A stretch of DNA of 64,000 nucleotides from contig NC_087250.1 in assembly GCF_037042905.1 (NCBI RefSeq), positions 6,636,001 to 6,700,000 of the forward strand, given 5' to 3'. A model generated the notes under the pieces. It saw only the letters and a list, made by a program, of their open reading frames with translations, was not told the DNA's origin and ran no database searches. Of this stretch, positions 39,152 to 52,824 are shown in pieces. This DNA is from Lytechinus pictus (Eukaryota). Each line of letters opens with the position of its first letter. Position 1 is the first letter of the stretch. The translations under genes and the position numbers were made by a program.

Positions 39152-42100
39152 TTATTAGGTGGTCTGTCAACGACAGATCACCTATTGATTTCGCCAGAAT
39201 TTTCTTTCTTTATTTATTAGGTGGTCTGTCTATGACAGATCACCTCTTGATTTCGCCAGAATTTTCTTTCTTTATTCTTTATTTATTCTTTATTTCTTTA
39301 TTAGGTGGTCTGTCAACGACAGATCACCTATTGATTTCGCCAGAATTTGTATTTCTTCCGTACACTTTTTTGTACACACGTTCACTCGAAATCGACATGG
39401 TCAATTTCCTTCAAATTTCTGTCAGTCATCAAGCCCTATGATTTCAAGTAAAATCAACTTTTTCAAGGTCATCAGGTCATGATGACGTCATCCAGGCGCC
39501 ATTTTGTAAAATCACATTGTCGATCATATCTCCATTATCAATTATCAAAAATCAATCAAATTAACATCACATCAACTTCAGGTCAAGGGTCAACAGGTCA
39601 TGTCATCAAAGGTCACCTGGAGGTCACGACGCGCGCGTACGCGCTCGTCAAAATTTTAAAATGCTCAAAATCACTTTTTGACCAAAGTAAAGTACGTTTC
39701 AGGTCATTTTAAGCATTTCAAAAATTTGCGCACGCACAGGTATGCGCGCGCGTTTCCGCGCGTAACGCCTTCAACGCAACGCAGAAACGCCGTTTTTTTA
39801 CATCATTGCATTGATAATATAATTCTGAGCAATTTGATACCTTGATCAACCTTCTACGACCATTAATAACGAAATTAACACCCGTTCAAGTTTGCAGCAC
39901 GTGTGCGCGCGAGCTCTTACTATAGGCCATATATGGGCAAAAACATGCCTATTAAAAATTCACTGTAGTTCTTTAAATAGTCCGTTGACCCCCAATTTTT
40001 TTTCATATATCGATAGAGTATGAGTTGTAGATTTGATTTCATGTCACCATTGTCCCTCAATTCGATCATGGCATCATCAAAATGGCGTCGGAAGTTAAAA
40101 TATCCATTTTCCTTGTTATGACGTCATAACAATTATGCAAATTAGGCTCTAACTCCGTGAATATTGGTCAATTTTCGCCCATTTTTCGATATGTTGTAGC
40201 TTAAGTCTTACTCTTTCTGAATAATTGCCTTTAATTTTCATTTTAATAAACGGATCATCCTCAAAAATTGCAAATAATAAAGACATGTCATTTTTCCTCA
40301 TTTTGCGTGCAATCTCTATGGGACATGACTTTTTCTCAAAACTAGATTCGACATTCCTCTATTTCGTGAGCCATATCTGCATTTTTTCTTGCCAGTTCTT
40401 CCTGAGCTTTTAGTATGTTGTAGCTGAGATTCTAAGCTTTCGAAAATGTCAACCTATCTTTTCGATCAGATGCCGGGATCATGCCCGTATTTCACTTGCA
40501 AAATTGGATTGGATATTCTCGTATTTTCCTTACGTGTAAAGTCTATGGGAAATACTCTAGCTCAATTCTTTCTTCTTTATTAGGTGGTCTGTCAACGACA
40601 GATCACCTATTGATTTCGCCAGAATTTGTATTTCTTCCGTACACTTTTTTGTACACACGTTCACTCGAAATCGACATGGTCAATTTCCTTCAAATTTCTG
40701 TCAGTCATCAAGCCCTATGATTTCAAGTAAAATCAACTTTTTCAAGGTCATCAGGTCATGATGACGTCATCCAGGCGCCATTTTGTAAAATCACATTGTC
40801 GATCATATCTCCATTATCAATTATCAAAAATCAATCAAATTAACATCACATCAACTTCAGGTCAAGGGTCAACAGGTCATGTCATCAAAGGTCACCTGGA
40901 GGTCACGACGCGCGCGTACGCGCTCGTCAAAATTTTAAAATGCTCAAAATCACTTTTTGACCAAAGTAAAGTACGTTTCAGGTCATTTTAAGCATTTCAA
41001 AAATTTGCGCACGCACAGGTATGCGCGCGCGTTTCCGCGCGTAACGCCTTCAACGCAACGCAGAAACGCCGTTTTTTTACATCATTGCATTGATAATATA
41101 ATTCTGAGCAATTTGATACCTTGATCAACCTTCTACGACCATTAATAACGAAATTAACACCCGTTCAAGTTTGCAGCACGTGTGCGCGCGAGCTCTTACT
41201 ATAGGCCATATATGGGCAAAAACATGCCTATTAAAAATTCACTGTAGTTCTTTAAATAGTCCGTTGACCCCCAATTTTTTTTCATATATCGATAGAGTAT
41301 GAGTTGTAGATTTGATTTCATGTCACCATTGTCCCTCAATTCGATCATGGCATCATCAAAATGGCGTCGGAAGTTAAAATATCCATTTTCCTTGTTATGA
41401 CGTCATAACAATTATGCAAATTAGGCTCTAACTCCGTGAATATTGGTCAATTTTCGCCCATTTTTCGATATGTTGTAGCTTAAGTCTTACTCTTTCTGAA
41501 TAATTGCCTTTAATTTTCATTTTAATAAACGGATCATCCTCAAAAATTGCAAATAATAAAGACATGTCATTTTTCCTCATTTTGCGTGCAATCTCTATGG
41601 GACATGACTTTTTCTCAAAACTAGATTCGACATTCCTCTATTTCGTGAGCCATATCTGCATTTTTTCTTGCCAGTTCTTCCTGAGCTTTTAGTATGTTGT
41701 AGCTGAGATTCTAAGCTTTCGAAAATGTCAACCTATCTTTTCGATCAGATGCCGGGATCATGCCCGTATTTCACTTGCAAAATTGGATTGGATATTCTCG
41801 TATTTTCCTTACGTGTAAAGTCTATGGGAAATACTCTAGCTCAATTCTTTCTTCTTTATTAGGTGGTCTGTCAACGACAGATCACCTATTGATTTCGCCA
41901 GAATTTGTATTTCTTCCGTACACTTTTTTGTACACACGTTCACTCGAAATCGACATGGTCAATTTCCTTCAAATTTCTGTCAGTCATCAAGCCCTATGAT
42001 TTCAAGTAAAATCAACTTTTTCAAGGTCATCAGGTCATGATGACGTCATCCAGGCGCCATTTTGTAAAATCACATTGTCGATCATATCTCCATTATCAAT

Positions 42101-45100
42101 TATCAAAAATCAATCAAATTAACATCACATCAACTTCAGGTCAAGGGTCAACAGGTCATGTCATCAAAGGTCACCTGGAGGTCACGACGCGCGCGTACGC
42201 GCTCGTCAAAATTTTAAAATGCTCAAAATCACTTTTTGACCAAAGTAAAGTACGTTTCAGGTCATTTTAAGCATTTCAAAAATTTGCGCACGCACAGGTA
42301 TGCGCGCGCGTTTCCGCGCGTAACGCCTTCAACGCAACGCAGAAACGCCGTTTTTTTACATCATTGCATTGATAATATAATTCTGAGCAATTTGATACCT
42401 TGATCAACCTTCTACGACCATTAATAACGAAATTAACACCCGTTCAAGTTTGCAGCACGTGTGCGCGCGAGCTCTTACTATAGGCCATATATGGGCAAAA
42501 ACATGCCTATTAAAAATTCACTGTAGTTCTTTAAATAGTCCGTTGACCCCCAATTTTTTTTCATATATCGATAGAGTATGAGTTGTAGATTTGATTTCAT
42601 GTCACCATTGTCCCTCAATTCGATCATGGCATCATCAAAATGGCGTCGGAAGTTAAAATATCCATTTTCCTTGTTATGACGTCATAACAATTATGCAAAT
42701 TAGGCTCTAACTCCGTGAATATTGGTCAATTTTCGCCCATTTTTCGATATGTTGTAGCTTAAGTCTTACTCTTTCTGAATAATTGCCTTTAATTTTCATT
42801 TTAATAAACGGATCATCCTCAAAAATTGCAAATAATAAAGACATGTCATTTTTCCTCATTTTGCGTGCAATCTCTATGGGACATGACTTTTTCTCAAAAC
42901 TAGATTCGACATTCCTCTATTTCGTGAGCCATATCTGCATTTTTTCTTGCCAGTTCTTCCTGAGCTTTTAAAAACATGCCTATTAAAAATTCACTGTAGC
43001 TCTTTAAATAGTCCGTTGACCCCCAATTTTTTTTCATATATCGATAGAGTATGAGTTGTAGATTTGATTTCATGTCACCATTGTCCCTCAATTTGATCAT
43101 GACGTCATCAAAATTGCGCCTAAACTGAAAATTTCATTTTTTCAAAAATGACGTCATCAAATTTATGCGAATTTGATCATAACTCCGTGAATATTGATCA
43201 TTTTTTGCCCAAATTTCGATATGTTGTGGTTTAGAATGTACTCTTTCTCGCAAATAGGCATGAATTTTCATTTTGAAAAACGCATCATGGTGTAAGATTG
43301 CGATGAAAAGAGGCATGTCATTTTTCCTCATTTTACGTGTAATCTCTATGGGACATGACTTTTTCTCAAAACTAGATTCTACATTCCTCTATTTCGTGAG
43401 CTATATCTCCATTTTTTCTTGTTAGTTATCCCTGAGCTTTTGGTATGATGTAGCTGAGATTCTAAGCTTTCGGAAGTGTGCCCTTTATTTTTCGATCAGA
43501 TGTCAGGATCATGCCCGTTTTTCGCTTGCAAAATTGGATTTGTAATTCTCAAATTTGCTTACGTGTAATCTCTATGGGAACGTGTAATCTCTATGGGGAA
43601 TATCGTGGCTCAATGGATAACGCATGACTTGAGTTCTCGGGGGCGCAGGTTCGAGTCCTGGGGGTGAACAAGACGATTTTTTTTTCATTTTTTTTTTCTT
43701 TTTACCACCTCGTACATGATCCTTTATGATAATTAAAAGGTATGAAAGTTAAAATTTAGCAAGATTAAACAGATTATAATAACTTTTTTCATATCACATG
43801 TATTTTCATATATCAAAGAGACCCTTTTCACAGTGCTTTATCATCTCCCGTCTTTCACAAGTATTCCATCCATAATGAACATTCCGTTGTCATCATGAAG
43901 ATCATATTGATCTGCTGGAACATGGTAATAGTGATCATGATGGCGAGAATAAGGACAGACCACCTAATTCGTCCGCATGACGAATTAAAATCTAGTTTAT
44001 TTTTATTTCTTCCGTACACTTTTTTGTACACACGTTCATTCGAAATTGACATGATCAATTTCCTTCAAATTTCAGTCAGTCATTAAGCCGTATGATTTCT
44101 AGTAAAATCAACTTTTTCAAGGTCATTAGGTCATCGTGACGTCATCCAGGCGCCATTTTGTAAAAATCAGGTCATTATCATATCTCGATAACGAGTGATC
44201 AAAAATCAACTATATTTGGTATACATCAATTTCAGGTCAACGGTCAAATAAAAATTTCATCAAATTCCGCGCGCGCACCTCGACGCGCACGTACGCGCGC
44301 ATTAAAATTTTAAAATGCTCAAATTCGTTCCAAATTAATTTTCCATACGTTTCAGGCCATTTTAAGCATTTTGCAAAAAAACGCGCGCACGCACATGCGC
44401 GCGCGTTTTCGCGCGTAATTGCATCTTCCAACATAGAATCGCCAAATTTTTTTATATCAATGCACCGATAATATAATTCTGAACAATTTGATACCTTGAT
44501 CAACCTTCTGCGACAAGTAATAACGAAATTATCACCCGTTAAACTTTGCAGCACGTGTGCGCGCGAGCTCTCACTACAGGCCATATATGGGCAAAAACAT
44601 GTCTATTGAAAATTCACTGTAGCTCTTTAAATAGTCCATTGACCAGAATTTTTTTTTTCATATATCGATAGAGTATGAGTTGTAGATTTGATTTCATGTC
44701 ACCATTGTCCCTCAATTTGATCATGACGTCATCAAAATTGCGCCTAAACTGAAAATTTCATTTTTTCAAAAATGACGTCATCAAATTTATGCAAATTTGA
44801 TCATAACTCCGTGAATATTGATAATTTTTCGCCCAGATTTCGATATGTTGTAGTTTAGAATGTCCTCTTTCTCGTCAGTAAACATAAATTTTCATTTTGA
44901 GAAACGCATCATGGTGTAAAATTGCGATGAAAAGAGGCATGTCATTTTTCCTCATTTTACGTGTAATCTCTATGGGACATGACTTTTTCTCAAAACTAGA
45001 TTCTACATTCCTCTATTTCGTGAGCTATATCTCCATTTTTTCTTGTTAGTTATCCCTGAGCTTTTAGTATGATGTAGCTGAGATTCTAAGCTTTCGGAAT

Positions 45101-48100
45101 GTGCCCTCCATTTTTCGATCAGATGCCAGAATCATGCCCGTTTTTTGCTTGCAAAATTGGATTTGTAATTCTCAAATTTGCTTACGTGTAATCTCTATGG
45201 GAACGTGTAATCTCTATGGGGAATATCGTGGCTCAATGGATAACGCACTTGACTTGAGTTCTGGGGGGCGCAGGTTCGAGTTCTGGGGGTGAACAAGATG
45301 TTTATTTATTTTTTTATTTTTACCACCTCGTACATGATCCTTTATAATTAAAAGGTATGAAAGTTAGAATTTAGCAAGATTAAACAGATTATAATTACTA
45401 TTTTCATATCACATGTATTTTCATATATCAAAGAGACCCTTTTCACAGTTCTTTATCATCTCCCGACTTTCACAAGTATTCCATCCATAATGAACATTCC
45501 GTTGTCATCATGAAGATCATATTGATCTGCTTGAACATGGTAATAGTGATCATGATGGCGAGAATAAGGACAGACCACCTAATTCGTCCGCATGACGAAT
45601 TAAAATCTAGTTTATTTTTATTTCTTCCGTACACTTTTTTGTACACGCGTTCATTCGAAATCGACATCGTCAATTTCCTTCAAATTTCTGTCAGTCATCA
45701 AGCTCTATAATTTCTAGTAAAATTAACTTTTTCAAGGTCATCACGTCATCGTGACGTCATCCAGACGCCATTTTGTAAAATCACATTGTCGATCATATCT
45801 CCATTATCAATTATCAAAAATCAATCAAATTAACATCACATCAACTTCAGGTCAAGGGTCAACAGGTCATGTCATCAAAGGTCACCTGGAGGTCACGACG
45901 CGCGCGTACGCGCTCGTCAAAAATTTAAAATGCTCAAAATCACTTTTTGACCAAAGTAAAGTACGTTTCAGGTCATTTTAAGCATTTCAAAAATTTGCGC
46001 GCGCACACGTATGCGCGCGCGTTTCCGCGCGTAACGCCTTCAATGCAACGCAGAAACGCCGTTTTTTCTATATCATTGCATTGATAATATAATTCTGAGC
46101 AATTTGATACCTTGATCAACCTTCTACGACCATTAATAACGAAATTAACACCCGTTAAAGTTTGCAGCACGTGTGCGCGCGAGCTCTTACTATAGGCCAT
46201 ATATGGGAAAAACATGCCTATTAAAAATTCACTGTAGCTCTTTATATAGTCCGTTGATCCCCAATTTTTTTTCATATATCGATAGAGTATAAGTTGTAGA
46301 TTTGATTTCATGTCACCATTGTCCCTCAATTTGATCATGACGTCATCAAAATTGCGCGTAAACTGAAAATTTCATTTTTTCAAAAATGACGTCATCAAAT
46401 TTATGCAAATTTGATCATAACTCCGTGAATATTGATTATTTTTCGCCCAGATTTCGATATGTTGTAGTTTAGAATGTATTTTTTCTCGTCAGTTAACATG
46501 AATTTTCATTTTGAAAAACGCATCATGGTGTAAAATTGCGATGAAAAGAGGCATGTCATTTTCCCTCATTTTACGTGTAATCTCAATGGGACATGACTTT
46601 TTCTCAAAACTAGATTCTACATTCCTCTATTTCGTGAGCTATATCTCCATTTTTTCTTGTTAGTTATCCCTGAGCTTTTGGTATGTTGTAGCTGAGATTC
46701 TAAGCTTTCGGAAGTGTGCCCTCCTTTTTTCAAAGTCATTAGGTAATCGTGACGTCATCCAGGCGCCATTTTGTAAAAATCAGGTCATTATCATATCTCG
46801 ATAACGAGTCATCAAAAATCAACTATATTTGGTATACATCAACTTCAGGTCAAAGGTCAACTAAAAATTTCATCAAATTCCGCGCGCGCACCTCGACGCG
46901 CACGTACGCGCGCATCAAAATTTTAAAATGCTCAAATTCGTTCCAAATTAATTTTCCATACGTTTCAGGCCATTTTAAGCATTTTGCAAAAAAACGCGCG
47001 CACGCACATGCGCGCGCGTTTTCGCGCGTAATTTCATCTTCCAACATAGAATTGCCAATTTTTTTATATCAATGCACCGATAATATAATTCTGAACAATT
47101 TGATACATTGATCAACCTCCTACGACAAGTAATAACGAAATTATCACCTGTTAAACTTTGCAGCACGTGTGCGCGCGAGCTCTCACTACAGGCCATATAT
47201 GGCCAAAAAAAGGGGCAATTGAAAATTCACTATACCTCTTTAAATAGTCCGTTGACCCCAATTTTTTTTTCATATATCGATAGAGTATGACTTGTAGATT
47301 TGATTTCATGTCACCATTGTCCCTCAATTTGATCATGACGTCATCAAAATTGCGCCTAAACTGAAAATTTCATTTTTTCAAAAATGACGTCATCAAATTT
47401 ATGCAAATTTGATCATAACTCCGTGAATATTGATCATTTTTCGCCCAGATTTCGATATGTTTTAGTTTAGAATGTACTCTTTCTCGACAGTTAGCATAAA
47501 TTTTCATTTTGAAAAACGCATCATGGTGTAAAATTGCGATGAAAAGAGGCATGTCATTTTTCCTAATTTTACGTGTAATCTCAATGGGACATGACTTTTT
47601 CTCAAAACTAGATTCTACATTCCTCAATTTCGTGAGCTATATCTCCATTTTTTCTTGTTAGTTATCCCTGAGCTTTTGGTATGATGTAGCTGAGATTCTA
47701 AGCTTTCGAAAGTGCCACCATTTTTTTCGATCAGATGCCAGGATCATGCCCGTTTTTCGCTTGCAAAATTGGATATGTAATTCTCAAATTTGCTTCCGTG
47801 TAATCTATTTGGGAACGTGTAATCTCTATGGGGAATATCGTGGCTCAATGGATAACGCACTTGACTTGAGTTCTCGGGGGCGCAGGTTCGAGTCCTGGGG
47901 GTGAACAAAATGATTTTTTTTCCATTTTTTTTTTCTTTTTACCACCTCGTACATGATCCTTTATGATAATTTAAAGGTATGAAAGTTAAAATTTAGCAAG
48001 ATTAAACAGATTATAATTACTTTTTTCATATCACATGTATTTTCATATATCAAAGAGACCCTTTTCACAGTTCTTTATCATCTCCCGTCTTTCACAAGTA

Positions 48101-48233
48101 TTCCATCCATAATGAACATTCCGTTGTCGTCATGAAGATCATATTGATCTGCATAAACATGGTATTAGTGATCATGATGGCGAGAATAAGGACAGACCAC
48201 CTAATTCGTCCGCATGACGAATTAAAATCTAGT
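39152..48233 (+). mobile_element. Tandem multimer of a Helentron/HINE (Helitron2)-like non-autonomous element
   Basis: 5' TTATTAGGTGGTCTGTC plus an adjacent inverted copy. 3' GACAGACCACCTAAT, hairpin AATTCGTC-CGCAT-GACGAATT and CTAGT at 43992, 45607 and 48229. Near-identical 1279-bp units start at about 39298, 40577 and 41856, followed by ~1.6-kb variant units. Confidence 0.75.
47833..47903 (+). other. tRNA-derived Pol III box pair within the HINE-like unit (also about 43598-43666 and 45221-45291)
   Basis: TGGCTCAATGG (A box) and GGTTCGAGTCC (B box) at tRNA spacing. The acceptor and anticodon stems do not pair well. Confidence 0.55.
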
Positions 48234-48259
48234 TTTGCATTCGCTTAGTTCTTGAATTA

Positions 48260-49490
48260 GTGCAAAACCAATTTAACCAGTTGGCCAACTTGTTTCATTA
48301 GGGAAATTGAAACAACTGGTTCCGATTTAAACCAATTGCCAATTGGTTCCAGTTAAAACCAATTGGGCAACTGGAACCAGTTGGCAATTGGTTAAATTAA
48401 AACCAATTGGTTCTAGTTGAAACCAATTTGGCAACTGCATGTTGGTTCCAGTTGTTCCAAATTCCTATTAAAACCAGTTGAATACAATTGCAGGCAACTG
48501 GTTTCAATTGGTTCCAGTTGTAACCAATTTGTTTCGACTGGATCCAATTTGAACTTTCAGTTGGAATGAAGTTAATTAGATACAAATTAATTATCATTTG
48601 TACTCGCGATTGTTTATGCCAACACAGAAGCATTGGTATATGTCTATTAATACTAATGTCAAGGGCATTGATATACATGTAATATAGAAGCCCATACTTG
48701 TATATTTATATGGAGGAGCTTCGAATATATGTATTTGTATTTGATGTCATTTGGTAACAGTTAGTGGTGTACTTTTAACTATTTTATATTTTAATCTGTT
48801 GTAATTATAATCTATATTTATAAACATGGTTTTCAATGCTAAGCAGTGGCGTACCTAGGATTTTCCACAGGGGGGGGGGGGGAACCGTCCGCCAAAAAAT
48901 TGACAAGCAAAAAAAAAAAGGTCTTCAATCACAAATAAAGGATTTCGTATCAGAAAAAAATTGACAAGCAAAAAAAAAAAAATATATATATATATAAAAA
49001 GTGTTCAAGCTCGTCAGGGGGGCAGGGATACGTCCTTTACATGGGTTGTGGCTCGTCATGGGAGGGGGGCAGACTGCCCCCCCCCCCCGTAGGTACGCTA
49101 GTGCTGCTAAGTATTCTAAACATTTATCTTAAACAAGTGTGGCACTTGAGAATGAAAATAAATGAATAGATACAATGTAAATGATGATGAATTACATAAA
49201 ACATTAATCTGTACACATTGGCAGATAATATGTAAATCAACTGAATTCAATTGGATCCAGTTGGGTAACTGGCAAAATTTCTAAATGGAAACCAAGTGGA
49301 AGTCCTTTCCAGTTACCCAACATGATCCAATTAGGATTTCTAGTTACCCAACTGGTTCCAGTTAGGATTTCCAGTTATCCAATTGGTTTCAATTGGAAAT
49401 TATTATATTCCAGTTAAAACCAATTGAAACTAGTTCAAACCGATTGAAACCATTTGGAAATCCAACTGGTTTCAATTGGATTTTGGTCCT
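48260..49490. repeat. Two blocks of degenerate ~10-bp CCAATTGG/CCAGTTGG modular repeats (48260-48570, 49240-49490)
   Basis: Dense recurrence of AACCAATTG, CAACTGG and TTCCAGTT. Probably subterminal repeats of an unidentified element. Confidence 0.6.
48844..49103. mobile_element. hAT-like MITE
   Basis: CAGTGGCGTACCTA ... TAGGTACGCTAGTG, with 8-bp flanks ATGCTAAG / CTGCTAAG (1 mismatch). Confidence 0.75.
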
Positions 49491-49929
49491 AGGCGTCTTC
49501 AATGGGCTGCTGTGTGGCGTCACTCATACTGGAACTCTCCGGAGGACCGATGAAGGCAGAAATATGGCATGAAAATAAATAATTTTTGATAGCTGAATTC
49601 GGCATACTCTAAACATTATTTTTAAAAGTGAAGTTATATAGATGACCATAAAAAGTCATTATAAAATACTTTTGATTCTTCGTGTGTGTACTTAAAAAAA
49701 TGCAACCCCCCCAAAAAAAGGTACTTAAAAAAATGCAATCCCCCCCCCCAAAAAAAAAAAAAAAAGACAAGTGGAGGGGTGTTTATTTTAAGAGTATTTA
49801 AGTTTCTAATGTTCATGGAATTTAACCTTCTCTATTTTTTATGTTGTCAGTTTTTACGGACCTCCTCCACGCCAAAAAGAACCTAGACATATCACTGAAG
49901 GTGATTAATACCCTGCCCTATGACGTTAA

Positions 49930-50374
49930 AGGAGAATCCAACCAAAAAAAAAACTTGTCTTTAGAGAAAAAAGAATATGTGATATCATAGTGATATAAGA
50001 CAAGGACTTCTCTACCATGTACTCTAATACATAAAATTTGAAAAAAATATTTTTTTAAATACTTTTGCTTCAATCTATATCTTTTTTCGTGAGGATATAA
50101 AACAATATGCTACCTGGTTTTTATAACGGCCCCAATGGAATGGGAACATAGGAGAAAACCAAAAATCCTGGTATGATAAAGTTGTTCTTGCCCCCTTGTG
50201 ATAATTTACTTACCTAGTTGCCAATTTGAAATCTACATAGTCTTAAATATCTTAATTCTAAAGCAGTCCTAACTTTATTTTGCTTGTCTGATTTCTTTCA
50301 AACTTTGATAATTCTGTTTTATTTATTTTACTCCTTTCCAACTTAACATTTTATGACCAACGCTGAGTTCCCCT
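49930..50374. mobile_element. Kolobok-like MITE
   Basis: TTAA|AGGAGAATCCAAC ... GCTGAGTTCCCCT|TTAA, imperfect short TIR. Confidence 0.6.
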
Positions 50375-52462
50375 TTAATATTGAATATAAATCTTTACCC
50401 AAAATGAATATTTGTGCCAACTTTGAACTTTTAAGAGCACTGGTTACAAACTGAGAAGTTGTTAGATCTACAAGTAGTTTTCCTGCATTTCTGGCTATCG
50501 TGTGTGGTTACCATTGTAATGCACTTTGTGACTAATGCAAAAAAAAAAAAAAAACGGTTCTTGTACATCTTTACCTCAAGGCCAATGTATGAGCCACAAT
50601 TCATGAGTATTGGTTTAAAACTGATGAATTAGTTCAAATCGCAAGGTTTTAACCCAAATTTTGCCATCTAATTTGGTGTTACCATGGCAACACAATTTCG
50701 GAAACACACACAAAAAATGTGTCTTGTACAACTTCACCTCAAGCCCAATGTGTGTGCCAAATTTCAAGAGAAATGGTTAAAAACAGAGGAAGAGGTTCTA
50801 ACTGCAAGATTTTTACCTATTTTTTGGTCATAATATACTGTTACCATGGCGACACAATTTCCAACACATTCGAAAAATGTGTCTTGCACATCTTTACCCA
50901 AAGAGCAATGTATATATGTATATATACACACACACCAACATTGAACCCCTTCAGCTTGTTTATGCATCTGCATTCAGATATTTGGTACATTAAGATTACA
51001 GGACAAACAGAAAATCTGTTCAAAAAGCGTCTGAATTCAAAAACTAAGTAAAAGCAAAGAAATACTCTGCTACTGAGTTTTGCACTGGCACTTTTCTATA
51101 TATCAAACTACTTTAAACTCATAAATTCTTACATTTTCACCCATTCTTGTCACTGTTCCTGCAGCCAGAGTTTTAGGAGAATACCCTGTTTTTAATTCTT
51201 ATACATAAACAAAGGTCTAGATAAAAATTCTTGCTTTTAGTCGGGTAGAAATTATTGCATGACCGTCAAGTTGGGTATGACTGCGATTTTTTTTGCTGGA
51301 AGTTGTAGTATGGGGTGTCTTTATCAAGAATCAAATGGATGCCACCTTGGCACCCTTGGCCATTTTTTTTTATTAACGCCATAGGCCACGCCCACTTTTT
51401 CATACCTCTTAAATATGAATTTCAAATTTTAAGGAATAAACATGTCATGTTTGGTATCAACTTAAAGCTAATGATAAATAAAATGTAAATTTATGGATCA
51501 ATGGACATTTAAATTACGCATACGTCAGTTGAAGGTCATTTAAGGCCATTAAAGGTCAAATTGCCTTACAAATGTAAGAACTACATGTAATGTGGAACAT
51601 ATCATGCTTAAAACAAAAACAAGTTGGATTTATTGGCAAACGTTAAAGGCAAAACATAACATCGCTCCCTGTAAAAAAAAAAATCAATGTTGATACCTGA
51701 AAATAGTATGGGTAAAGCAGTTACAATATTAAAATGCCGTCATGAAAATCTCACATCACAAAAATAATTGGATTTATTTATAAAAATATGAAATATAAGT
51801 GACCCTCTTTCAGTTGTAGGAGTCCGTTGTGACAGAAAGTTCGTTGCATTTCAAAATTGTGCCATGTATTTATTAGTAGCGCCCTCTTTCGATGAGAGTG
51901 TGCAATGCTCATAGATGATCGTTGATTGGTGCTCTGATGTGTGGAGGCGGGGCAACGAGCGACGAGGAACAAGTGTTTTGCTTCTAGGAAGTACGTTCCC
52001 ATATACACATCGGCGTTTGCGAAGTGCCATTGCAGTTTGGCCGATCAGCGTGTCTGTGTTTACAAAGAATCCCCACGTTTCCACTGCCGCCATGTCCTCT
52101 CACTGATTGTGAGCGCTGATTGTGTTTATGTAATGGTCTCATGTGGCCGTAAGAGGTCAAAGGCCAGTCTAGTATGAGGCGCCGAATGTACCAATATTAT
52201 ATAGAACAATTATTTGTTATATAATCATTATTTATTAAATAATTTTAACATTTTATTTGTAAATAACTACTATTATATAAAATATCATTTCTAATTATTT
52301 ATATATAATTCCAAGTAATACTTCATTATTTGTAAATAATAATAGTTCGACATTCCATTATTTATAAATAATGATTATTTGTTTTTCATTATTTATAAAT
52401 AATGATTATTTGTTTTTCATTATTTACAAATAATGATTATTTGTTTTTCATTATTTATAAAT

Positions 52463-52824
52463 AATAAGATTATTCGAATAAGCGAAGAAGATAGTTTGCG
52501 AGAGAAGACAGGTCTTCTCAAAAAACCAATTATTGGCAAGCCATACACGGCCCGCGAAAACAAAGCGCGCCCCTGCGATTCCGCGGGAATTCTCCAAGGA
52601 CACGCCCCCAGCAACATGTCTGTGATTGGCTGGGCATGTCATGGATGGCGCCGTTACACAGCGCCCTTGGTGGCAGCCAGGCAACGGCAACGGGGGCACA
52701 GCCTCTACGCTAAAAAGAACCAATGAAATGCATTGAAAGAATTCAGGTACGTGCGCAATACGCGACAGATTTGGAAGCACATGTTCATTCTCAACTAAGC
52801 TCTGGGGGATGCAAGACGTTAATT
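52463..52824 (+). repeat. Repeat A1 (362 bp), promoter-like
   Basis: Matches 57592-57953 with 2 substitutions seen. Contains CCAAT/ATTGG motifs and a CACGCCCCC GC box. Confidence 0.95.

Noticed and set aside
39479..47627. Repeated identical 60-120-aa ORFs
   Set aside because: By-products of the tandem array. The frames are not preserved between variant units and show no Rep/helicase motifs.
50380..52190. Probable further repeat fragments or element ends (also 1-350)
   Set aside because: No paired termini, TSD or coding motif could be established within the window.
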